A stretch of 64,000 nucleotides of DNA from an uncultured Chloroflexia bacterium (GTDB taxonomy: Bacteria; Chloroflexota; Limnocylindria; Limnocylindrales; CSP1-4). The stretch spans positions 227,310 through 291,309 of the forward strand of contig CAVSXV010000013.1 in assembly GCA_963731995.1 (NCBI GenBank), given 5' to 3'. Positions 15,964-23,859 of this stretch are shown here, piece after piece; the first letter of the stretch is position 1, and each line of letters starts with the position of its first letter. The position numbers and the translations under genes were made by a program. Below the pieces are notes generated by a model that did no database searches, was not told the DNA's origin, and was given only the letters and a program-made list of their open reading frames with translations.

Positions 15964-16556
15964 TGGCGGCGCGGCCCATCGAACCTGCGCTCGGGCTGCT
16001 GGAGCTGGAGTCCATCGCGGTCGGCATCGAGGTCGGCGATGCGATGGCCAAGCGCGCGCCGGTCGAGCTGCTGCGCGCGGGCACCGTCCATCCGGGCAAG
16101 TACCTCGTGCTCGTCGGCGGCGCCGTAGCCGATGTCGAGGAGGCGCTCGAGGCCGGGCGTGAGATCGGCGGGCTGTCGGTCCGCGATGTGACCTTCCTGG
16201 CCAACATCCACTCCGACGTCGTCGACGCCGTGCGCGGTGCGCGGCGGACGGCCCAGGCGGAGGCCCTCGGGATCATCGAGACGGCCACCATACCGGCGGT
16301 CATCCGCGCCGCCGACGCGGGGCTCAAGGGCGCCGGGGTGCGCCTCCTCGAGCTGCATCTCGCAGACGACCTCGGCGGCAAGGGCTACCTGCTCTTCGAC
16401 GGCACGGTCACCGACGTGGAGGCCGCGGTCGAGATCGGCGTCGATGCGGTCGGCGGGTCGCGCGGCACGCATTCACGGGTCATCGCCCAGCTGCACGGGG
16501 AGATGGCCGCTGAGCTGGCCGCCGACGGCCGTTTCGCGGCAAGGGTGAGGGAGTAG
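15963..16556 (+). CDS. BMC-T shell protein, PduT-like tandem canonical BMC domains
   Basis: ALGLLELESIAVGIEVGDAMAKRA..HPGKYLVLVGG.. and a second domain ALGIIETATIPAVIRAADAGLKGAGV. GTG start overlaps the ALDH stop by 1 nt. Confidence 0.85.
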   Translation: MAARPIEPALGLLELESIAVGIEVGDAMAKRAPVELLRAGTVHPGKYLVLVGGAVADVEEALEAGREIGGLSVRDVTFLANIHSDVVDAVRGARRTAQAEALGIIETATIPAVIRAADAGLKGAGVRLLELHLADDLGGKGYLLFDGTVTDVEAAVEIGVDAVGGSRGTHSRVIAQLHGEMAAELAADGRFAARVRE

Positions 16557-16558
16557 CG

Positions 16559-16849
16559 ATGCAGCTTGCACGAGTGACCGGCACGCTGGTCGCCAGCACC
16601 AAGGTTCCCGGGCTCGAGGGTGTCAAGCTGCTCATCATCCAGCCGCTCGATCGGCACGGACGCCCGCAGGGGACACCTGTGGTCGCCGCCGACGCGGTGC
16701 ACATGGCCGGTCCCGGCGAGCTGGTCTACTTCGTGGCCGCGCGGGAGGCGGCGCAGGCGCTCGAGGACACGTTCGTGCCCGTGGACCACGCCATCGTCGG
16801 CATCGTCGACGAGGTCACGACCCTGCCGGGCGCGGAGGACCAGGTGTGA
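16559..16849 (+). CDS. BMC-P vertex protein 2
   Basis: MQLARVTGTLVASTKVPGLEGVKLLIIQPLD..VVAADAVHMAGPGELV..HAIVGIVD. GAGGGAG RBS upstream. Confidence 0.9.
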   Translation: MQLARVTGTLVASTKVPGLEGVKLLIIQPLDRHGRPQGTPVVAADAVHMAGPGELVYFVAAREAAQALEDTFVPVDHAIVGIVDEVTTLPGAEDQV

Positions 16850-17115
16850 AGATCGGACGGGTGGTGGGCAACGTCGTCTCGACGATCAACACGCCCCACT
16901 TCGATGGACGCACGCTGCTGCTGGTCGACCTCCTGGCACCCGACGGGACGCCGTCCGGCGGCTACCAGATCGCGGTCGACAACATCGGTGCGGGCGCCGG
17001 CGAGACGGTACTCCTGCTCGACGAGGGCAACGGCGCGCGCCAGGTCCTCGACGCCCCCGGTGCTCCCATCCGCACGGTCGTCATCGGGATCGTCGACGAG
17101 GTCACCTCTGTCTGA
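16846..17115 (+). CDS. BMC-P vertex protein 3
   Basis: MKIGRVVGNVVSTINTPHFDGRTLLLVDLL..IAVDNIGAGAGETVLL..VVIGIVD. GTGA overlap with BMC-P 2. Confidence 0.9.
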   Translation: MKIGRVVGNVVSTINTPHFDGRTLLLVDLLAPDGTPSGGYQIAVDNIGAGAGETVLLLDEGNGARQVLDAPGAPIRTVVIGIVDEVTSV

Positions 17116-17138
17116 CGCGCCCGGCCCAGGCGGAGCCC

Positions 17139-19895
17139 TCAGGCCGCCACGGCCTCGGCTGGGCCTTCCGGGTCCGACGCGTCCATCACGCGGATCCGCA
17201 GCAGCTTCACCGCCTCTGCGACCACGAGGACGCCCAGCGACAGCACGATGCAGATGGCCCACTGGTCGATGGCCAGCCTGGTCGTGTCGAGCAGCCGGTT
17301 CAGCAGGCCCAGCTCGGCCGCGGCCACCGTCACCAGCAGGGCCAGGCCCACGCCCTTGAGCAGCGACGGGTTGTCCCGCAGGTCGAACTCGAAGATCGAG
17401 CGACGGGGATCGGCCGTCTCGAGCGCGAACCAGACGTTGGCCAGGCTGAAGGTGGTCAGGCCCATGGTCCGGCCCACGACCTCGCCGTACTCCGCGGTGG
17501 CCCACCAGATGACCCCCAGCGTGCCCGCGGCCATGACCAGCCCGATGGCCACGAGGTAGGTGAAGAGATTGGTGGGCAGGATGGGTCGCTCAGGGGGACG
17601 CGGTGGGTCGTCCATCAGGCCGCCACGCGACTTGCCATAGCCGAGGCCGATAGCCAGGAAGACCGTGACGGTGAAATTCACCCAGAGCGTCTGGACGGGC
17701 GTGAAGGGGACGCCCTCGGCGATGAAGAAGAGGCTGGCGCCAAGGAAGGTGGCGATGAAACCGAAGAGCCCGGCCATCTGGTAGCGGATATAGCGCAGCA
17801 GGTTGTCGTACAGGGCCCGGCCCAGCTCGACCGCCTTGACGATGGTGGAGAAGTCATCATCGGTCAGGATCATCACCGCGGCCTCCTTCGAGACCTCCGT
17901 GCCGGTGATGCCCATGGCCACGCCGATGTCGGCACGCTTCAGCGCCGGGGCGTCGTTCACCCCGTCGCCGGTCATGGCCACGATGTTGCCCTTGCGCTTG
18001 AGGATGTCCACGAGGCGGACCTTGTCCTCGGGGGCGACGCGCGCGATCACGCCGATGTCGTCGATCTCCCGCTCGAGCTCGTCGTCGCTCATGGCCTCGA
18101 ACTCGGCACCGGTGATGGCGCGACCGGTGATGCCCAGCTGGCGCGCGATGGCCTCGGCCGTGACCGCATGATCACCGGTGATCATGCGCACAGCGATGCC
18201 GGCGGCGTGAGCCGTGGCGATGGCGTCCCTGGCCTCGGGCCGCGGCGGGTCCACGATGCCGACGAGCGCCAGCAGCGTCAGCTCCGATACCAGCGGCAGC
18301 AGCTCGGCCGAGGGGTCGAAGGTGGCCGGATCGAGATCGCGCTGGGCGGTGGCCATGACGCGCAGGCCATCGCGGCCAAGGCGCTCGTTCTCGGCGAGGT
18401 AGGCCTCGCGGACCTCATCGAGCGGGACATGGCCGCCGCTGCCGTCATCGGCCGACGCGGCTCTCGCGAGGAGCTGGTCGGGGGCTCCCTTGACGTAGCA
18501 GCGGATGACGTCCCGGCCGTCCTCGTCCTGCATGGCGTGGAAGGTGGCCATGAACTTGTAGGCAGCGTCGAAGGGCACCTCGGCGAGGCGCGGGTAGCGC
18601 TCCCGTGTGAGCAGGGGGTCCACCCCGCCCTTGGCCGCCAACACGACGAGGGCACCCTCGGTGGGGTCGCCCACGAGCTCGCCGTCGCGGGCCACCGCGT
18701 CCGCGCACAGGGACATCGGCATCAGGTAGCGCTCGAGGGGCACCTCCGCCTCGCCCGCCGCGTGGGTGATGGCACCGGTGGTGGCGTAGCCCTTGCCACT
18801 GATGTTGTAGCGCCGGCCGACCACGGCCATCTGCACGGCCGTCATCTGGTTCAGCGTGAGGGTGCCGGTCTTGTCCGAGTTGATGGCCGAGGTGGAGCCG
18901 AGCGTCTCGACCGAGCGCAGACGCTTGACGATGGCACCGGCCTTGGCCAGCGTGGTGGTGCCGTTGGCCAGGATGGTGGTGACCACCGCCGGCAGGCCCG
19001 TGGGGATGGCCGCCACGGCGAAGGCGATGGCCGTCAGGAAGAGCTCATCGAAGGGCTGGTTGCGCCACAGGCCCAGGCCGATGGAGATGAGCAGCGCGAC
19101 GCCGGCGATGATGAGGATCTGGTTGGTGAGCGCGTTGAGCTGCTTGGTGAGCGGCGTGACGTCCGCGCTCGCGACTCCCAGCATGTCCGAGATATGGCCG
19201 ACCTCGGTGCTCATGCCGGTGCCGGTCACGAGGATGGTTCCGGCGCCACGCGTGACCTGGGTGTTCATGAAGCCGAGGTCGACACGGTCGCCCAGGGGGG
19301 CGTCGGCAGCCACGGGCTCGACCTGCTTGGGGACAGGCGCACTCTCACCGGTGAGGGCGGCCTCATCGATCTCGAGCGTGGCTGCCCGGACGATGCGCCC
19401 GTCGGCAGGGACGAGGTCACCGGCCTCGATCATGACGATGTCGCCGGGGACCAGCTCCTCCATGGGCAGCTGCTCGACCTGGCCGTCGCGCAGGACCCGG
19501 GCCTTGACCACCATCATCGACTGCAGCGCCGCCACGCTGGCCTCGGCCTTGCCCTCCTGGTTGAGTCCCATGAAGGCGTTGAAGAGCGTGAGCCCGAGCA
19601 GCAGCACGCCGGTCCAGAACTGGCCCGGCAGCAGCAGGCTGGCGATGCCGGCCACCAGCAGCACGATCTGCATCGGCTCGCGGTACTGGCGCAGGAAGGC
19701 CTGCCAACGCGGCTCCCTGGACGCGGCGGTCAGCTTGTTGGGCCCGTACTGGGCGCGGCGGGAGGTGACCTCGGAGCCCGATAGGCCACTGGTCACCTCG
19801 ACCTGCTGCCGGGAAAGCGCCTCCTCGACGCTCAGGCCGTGCCAGGCGACGTCGCTCGGCGGGATCGCCGCCGTGTTGGTTTGCGGTCCGGTCAT
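17139..19895 (-). CDS. P-type cation-transporting ATPase (P2, Ca2+/Mg2+-type)
   Basis: TGES, DKTGTLT, MITGDH and GDGVNDAPALKRAD motifs. 918 aa. Convergent with the BMC operon. Confidence 0.9.
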   Translation of the reverse strand: MTGPQTNTAAIPPSDVAWHGLSVEEALSRQQVEVTSGLSGSEVTSRRAQYGPNKLTAASREPRWQAFLRQYREPMQIVLLVAGIASLLLPGQFWTGVLLLGLTLFNAFMGLNQEGKAEASVAALQSMMVVKARVLRDGQVEQLPMEELVPGDIVMIEAGDLVPADGRIVRAATLEIDEAALTGESAPVPKQVEPVAADAPLGDRVDLGFMNTQVTRGAGTILVTGTGMSTEVGHISDMLGVASADVTPLTKQLNALTNQILIIAGVALLISIGLGLWRNQPFDELFLTAIAFAVAAIPTGLPAVVTTILANGTTTLAKAGAIVKRLRSVETLGSTSAINSDKTGTLTLNQMTAVQMAVVGRRYNISGKGYATTGAITHAAGEAEVPLERYLMPMSLCADAVARDGELVGDPTEGALVVLAAKGGVDPLLTRERYPRLAEVPFDAAYKFMATFHAMQDEDGRDVIRCYVKGAPDQLLARAASADDGSGGHVPLDEVREAYLAENERLGRDGLRVMATAQRDLDPATFDPSAELLPLVSELTLLALVGIVDPPRPEARDAIATAHAAGIAVRMITGDHAVTAEAIARQLGITGRAITGAEFEAMSDDELEREIDDIGVIARVAPEDKVRLVDILKRKGNIVAMTGDGVNDAPALKRADIGVAMGITGTEVSKEAAVMILTDDDFSTIVKAVELGRALYDNLLRYIRYQMAGLFGFIATFLGASLFFIAEGVPFTPVQTLWVNFTVTVFLAIGLGYGKSRGGLMDDPPRPPERPILPTNLFTYLVAIGLVMAAGTLGVIWWATAEYGEVVGRTMGLTTFSLANVWFALETADPRRSIFEFDLRDNPSLLKGVGLALLVTVAAAELGLLNRLLDTTRLAIDQWAICIVLSLGVLVVAEAVKLLRIRVMDASDPEGPAEAVAA

Positions 19896-19922
19896 GACGG
19901 CCTCCTTGGAAGACGCAGCTCT

Positions 19923-20888
19923 CTACTTGCCCTTGGACTTCCTGGTCTTCTTGCCCTTCTTGCCTTTGCCGCGCTTGCTCGGTGTCGAGGACGTGCCCTC
20001 GGCCTCGAGCTCATCCCTGGCCGCCAGCAGCGCCTCCCGGGCCTCGTCCGAGACGGTCGGGTACTGCGGGTCGATCTCGATGAGCGCACCCGCGATGACC
20101 GCGGCGGCGGCCAACCGAGCGTAGGGCTTGTCATCGGCCGGGATCACGTACCAGGGCGCCCACTCGGTGCTGGTGTGGCTGAGGACCTCGCTGAAGGCCT
20201 TCTGGTAGTCGTCCCAATGGGCCCGTTCGCGCACATCCGAAGCGCTGAACTTCCAGTTCTTCTCGGGCTCGTCGATGCGATCGAGGAAGCGCCGTCGCTG
20301 CTCGTCCTTGCTCAGGTTCAGGAAGAGCTTGACGATGCGGTAGCCCTGGTCGCTCAGATAGCGCTCCCAGTCGTTGATCTCGCGGTATCGGCGCTTCCAG
20401 ATGTCGCCCTTGCGCGCAGAGGGCGGGAGCTGCTGCCGATCGAGGATCTCGGGGTGCACCCGCACCACCAGGACCTCCTCGTAGTGGGATCGATTGAAGA
20501 TGCCGATGTGCCCGCGGGCCGGCAGGCGGCGGGCGAAGCGCGACAGATAGTCGTGGTCAAGCTGCGCGGCCGAGGGCGCCTTGAAGCTGTGGACCTCCAC
20601 GCCCTGGGGGTTGACCCCGCTCATGACGTGGCGGATGGTGCCGTCCTTGCCGGCAGCATCGATCGCCTGCAACACCACCAGCAGCGAGTAGGTGTCCTGC
20701 GCCGCCAGCCGGGCCTGGTACTCGGCCAGCAGCTCGACGCCTTCGGCCAGCAGCTTTCTGGCCTCGGACTTGCTGCGTTCGCGATCCCCGCTCGTGTCGA
20801 GGTCGCCTGGCAGTCGCACCTTCCGGCCCGGCTTGACCTTGAACTGTGCGGCGAACCCGCGGACCCGTTCGGGATGGATCTCTGGCAT
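19923..20888 (-). CDS. polyphosphate kinase 2 family protein with Lys-rich C-terminal tail
   Basis: LVVLQAIDAAGKDGTIRHV..FNRSHYEEVLVVRVH..WAPWYVIPADDK. The tail is KRGKGKKGKKTRKSKGK. Confidence 0.9.
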   Translation of the reverse strand: MPEIHPERVRGFAAQFKVKPGRKVRLPGDLDTSGDRERSKSEARKLLAEGVELLAEYQARLAAQDTYSLLVVLQAIDAAGKDGTIRHVMSGVNPQGVEVHSFKAPSAAQLDHDYLSRFARRLPARGHIGIFNRSHYEEVLVVRVHPEILDRQQLPPSARKGDIWKRRYREINDWERYLSDQGYRIVKLFLNLSKDEQRRRFLDRIDEPEKNWKFSASDVRERAHWDDYQKAFSEVLSHTSTEWAPWYVIPADDKPYARLAAAAVIAGALIEIDPQYPTVSDEAREALLAARDELEAEGTSSTPSKRGKGKKGKKTRKSKGK

Positions 20889-20965
20889 GTGGCCTCCCCG
20901 AGGATGGCCTCGACGTCGATACTCTCACCGGCGACGGCACGTCCGGAGTGTAGTGCCGTCGGATC

Positions 20966-21682
20966 TCACCGTTGCGGGCCGCCGGCCGCCAGGGTCGTTC
21001 CACCGGCCGAGGTCGCCGCCTCGGCCGGGCGGAACCATCCGGGCAGCGAACGGACGAGCTGCGGGTCGCCGAACAGGCGGACGTGGCGCGCGGCCAGCGC
21101 CGACCGCCAGCCCAGCTGACCGCGTGCGAGCGGGTACAGCGCGTTGCCGTCGGCCTCGACGTACACGTAGCGGTGAGCGGGTAGCAGGGGGTCCTCGATG
21201 CAGAGCGATGCGTCCGCACCGCGTTCCAGGACCAACCAGGCTTGCTGGCTGCGCGGACCGCCGGGCTGAAGGACGAGGACGGCGGCAGGGTCGGGCGAGT
21301 TGGCCGGGTCCGCACGTCGGGACAGCCAGAAGGTGATGACATCGGGGTCAAGCTCCGCGACGGCCGGATCTTCCGGTACCCACTGCTCGGCCCATGCGTT
21401 CAGCGCACGTAATGTCGGCACGAACTGCTCACCCGCGTGCGTGAGCCGATAAGGCGCGGCCTGACCGCGGGGACCCGTGGCGCGCACCACCAGTCCCAGG
21501 TCCTCGAGCACACGCAACCGACGGGAAAGGACCGAACGATTGATGCCGGGCAGGCTGCCGACGAGGGCATTGAAGCCGCGTGGTCCGTGCAGGGCGAGCT
21601 CGCGGACGATGAGCAGGATCCAGCGGTCCGCAAGGTGCTCGACCGCCTTCTCGAAGGAGCAGAAGTCGCCCACGTTGTGCAT
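20966..21682 (-). CDS. HxlR-family transcriptional regulator with C-terminal extension
   Basis: CSFEKAVEHLADRWILLIVREL..GFNALVGSLPGINRSVLSRRLRVLEDLGLV. Start set at ATG 21682. Confidence 0.8.
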   Translation of the reverse strand: MHNVGDFCSFEKAVEHLADRWILLIVRELALHGPRGFNALVGSLPGINRSVLSRRLRVLEDLGLVVRATGPRGQAAPYRLTHAGEQFVPTLRALNAWAEQWVPEDPAVAELDPDVITFWLSRRADPANSPDPAAVLVLQPGGPRSQQAWLVLERGADASLCIEDPLLPAHRYVYVEADGNALYPLARGQLGWRSALAARHVRLFGDPQLVRSLPGWFRPAEAATSAGGTTLAAGGPQR

Positions 21683-21784
21683 CCGGCGATTTTCGCACTC
21701 GCGTCGAGAGTGACCAGTCCCTCGGAAGGACTGGCTGCCCGGGAGGTTGGCTCGTAGCGTCGTGACAGGAGGTGACCAAAGCAC

Positions 21785-22900
21785 ATGTCAACCAAGATCG
21801 ACACCGTCATCATCGGCGCCGGACAGGCGGGCCTCGCGACCGGGCACGAGCTCGCGAAGCAGGGGCTCACGTTCGAGATCCTCGACGGGCTCGCTCGCGT
21901 GGGCGACGCCTGGCGCGAGCGATGGGAAGGTCTGCGCTTGTTCACGCCAGCTCGCTATGACGGGCTTCCGGACATGGACTTCCCGGCTCCGCCGTCCTAC
22001 TACCCCACCAAGGACGAGGTCGCCGACTACCTTGAAGACTACGCCCGACAGATGGGCTTGCCGGTCCAGACCGGGGTCACCGTGCAGCGTCTCGCGGACG
22101 GGAGCCGCTCACGCTTCAGGGTCGAGACCGGCCAGGGGTCCATCGAAGCGGACCGAGTGGTCGTGGCAGCCGGTGCCTGGCGCGAGCCGCGCATCCCGGC
22201 GTTCGCCGCACGCTTGGCCGACGACATCGAACAATGGCACTCCAGCGCACTCCGCGTTCGCTCCCAGGTGCGTCCGGGTCGCGTGCTCGTCGTCGGGGCC
22301 AGCAACTCCGGGGCGGAGATCGCCTACCTGGTCGCACCTGAGCACGAGACCTGGCTGGCGGGACGTGACGTCGGCCAGGTGCCGTTCGACAAGTCGGGAC
22401 GGGTGGCGGGATTGATGGACCGCGTCCTCTGGTTCCTGGTCAACCGCGTGTTGACCGTGGACAACCCCCTCGGCCGAAGAGCCCAGCCGTCGGCGCGCGG
22501 GCGAGCCACCCCTCTCGAGCGGGTGCGCAAGCGCGATCTCGAGGCCGCAGGCGTCAAACGGATCCAGGGTCGCGTCGTGGATGCGCGGGATGGCCTCCCG
22601 CAGCTCGCAGACGGTGGGACTCTCGACGTCCGGACCGTGATCTGGGCGACCGGCTTTCGACACGACTATCCGTGGATCGAGTTGTCTCGACCGGCCATCG
22701 GAACGGACGGCTGGCCGGTCCACGACCGAGGGGTCTCCACACGCATCCCCGGGCTCACCTTCGTGGGCTTGCCGTACCAGACCTCGGCCGCGTCACCGCT
22801 GCTTGGGGGCGTCGGTCGTGATGCACGGTTCATCGCGCAACACGTAGCCGCGGACGCGCGCGCCACCAGCCGGTCGCTGGCACCCGAGGCGACAGCCTAG
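21785..22900 (+). CDS. FAD/NAD(P)-dependent flavoprotein monooxygenase-like oxidoreductase (CzcO-like)
   Basis: DTVIIGAGQAGLATG Rossmann motif plus a second VLVVGASNSGAEIA motif. Divergent from the HxlR gene. Confidence 0.8.
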   Translation: MSTKIDTVIIGAGQAGLATGHELAKQGLTFEILDGLARVGDAWRERWEGLRLFTPARYDGLPDMDFPAPPSYYPTKDEVADYLEDYARQMGLPVQTGVTVQRLADGSRSRFRVETGQGSIEADRVVVAAGAWREPRIPAFAARLADDIEQWHSSALRVRSQVRPGRVLVVGASNSGAEIAYLVAPEHETWLAGRDVGQVPFDKSGRVAGLMDRVLWFLVNRVLTVDNPLGRRAQPSARGRATPLERVRKRDLEAAGVKRIQGRVVDARDGLPQLADGGTLDVRTVIWATGFRHDYPWIELSRPAIGTDGWPVHDRGVSTRIPGLTFVGLPYQTSAASPLLGGVGRDARFIAQHVAADARATSRSLAPEATA

Positions 22901-23847
22901 CCGCCGGTGACGAGCGCCACCAGCTGTGAGCGCCAGTCGTCGCCGGCGGCCTCGCGGGCGATGATGACGCCCTCGCGCAGGCTCGCATTCGAGGCTTCGA
23001 AGGCCTCGAGGTTGTAGCAGTCGAGCGCGGCCTCGATGAGGCTGGCGCCGGCGGCCATCTGCAGGACCCGGCGTTCACGCAAGCCATAGGCCTCGACCAG
23101 CTCGGCAGATGGGGCAGCCTTGACGATCTCGATGGCGCGAGCCGTCCGGGCAGTATCGATAAGGCCGTCATCGGGCGTGTCTTCGTCGCCTTCGTCGCTG
23201 GTGAGCCGGATGAGGTTGGTGCCCGATCCGCCGACCACGATCCCGTGTCGGGGCCGGCCGGTGGGCAGGCTGGAGAAGAGATGATGGGACTCGGCCCGCA
23301 GCTCACGCACCTCGTCTTCGGTGGGCGGATCGTCCTCGACGTGCTGTGCGGTCAGGCGCGCGGAGCCGACGGGGATGACACCGATGACCGGGTCGGCGTC
23401 GGGCTCCAGCAGGATGATCTCCGAGGAGCCACCGCCGATATCGAGCACCAGCGTGGGTTCGGTGACCGGCTCGCCGTCGAGGACGCCCAGCACCGTGAGC
23501 AGCGCTTCCTCGTCGTGGCTGAGCACGTGCAGCGGCAGCCCCAGCGCCTGCTCCACGGCCTCGCAGAAACGGGAGCGGTTGGAGGCGCGACGCAACGGCT
23601 CGGTGGCCAGCAGCGTGATCGACTCGGCGCCCTCGTCGCCCGCAGCGTCCACGTACTCGGAGATGGCCTCGATCGTCGCGGCTGCTCCATCGTCGGGGAT
23701 GCGGCCCACGATATCGACCATGGCGCCCAGGCCCAGGAGCACCAATTCGTCCCGCAGGACCTCACCACCGAGCTCGGTCAGGAGCAGATGGACGCTGTTG
23801 CTGCCGACGTCGATGGCGGCAGCGATCCGGACCTGGTCGCTCATCAC
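22897..23847 (-). CDS. Ppx/GppA-family exopolyphosphatase (short form)
   Basis: AAIDVGSNSVHLLL..LVLDIGGGSSEIILL, the actin-like ATPase-fold motifs of Ppx/GppA. Confidence 0.85.
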   Translation of the reverse strand: MMSDQVRIAAAIDVGSNSVHLLLTELGGEVLRDELVLLGLGAMVDIVGRIPDDGAAATIEAISEYVDAAGDEGAESITLLATEPLRRASNRSRFCEAVEQALGLPLHVLSHDEEALLTVLGVLDGEPVTEPTLVLDIGGGSSEIILLEPDADPVIGVIPVGSARLTAQHVEDDPPTEDEVRELRAESHHLFSSLPTGRPRHGIVVGGSGTNLIRLTSDEGDEDTPDDGLIDTARTARAIEIVKAAPSAELVEAYGLRERRVLQMAAGASLIEAALDCYNLEAFEASNASLREGVIIAREAAGDDWRSQLVALVTGG

Positions 23848-23859
23848 TGGTACCCCGCG

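Noticed and set aside
10749-17115. The BMC operon as a horizontally acquired island or mobile element.
   Set aside because: No integrase, transposase, tRNA or flanking direct repeats are present. Codon and GC style look the same as the neighbours by eye. Nothing in the window supports mobility.
16620-19784. 1054-aa ORF on the plus strand.
   Set aside because: It overlaps two BMC-P genes out of frame and is antisense to the P-type ATPase, which has all the canonical motifs. The composition is low-complexity Arg/Gly/Asp/His.
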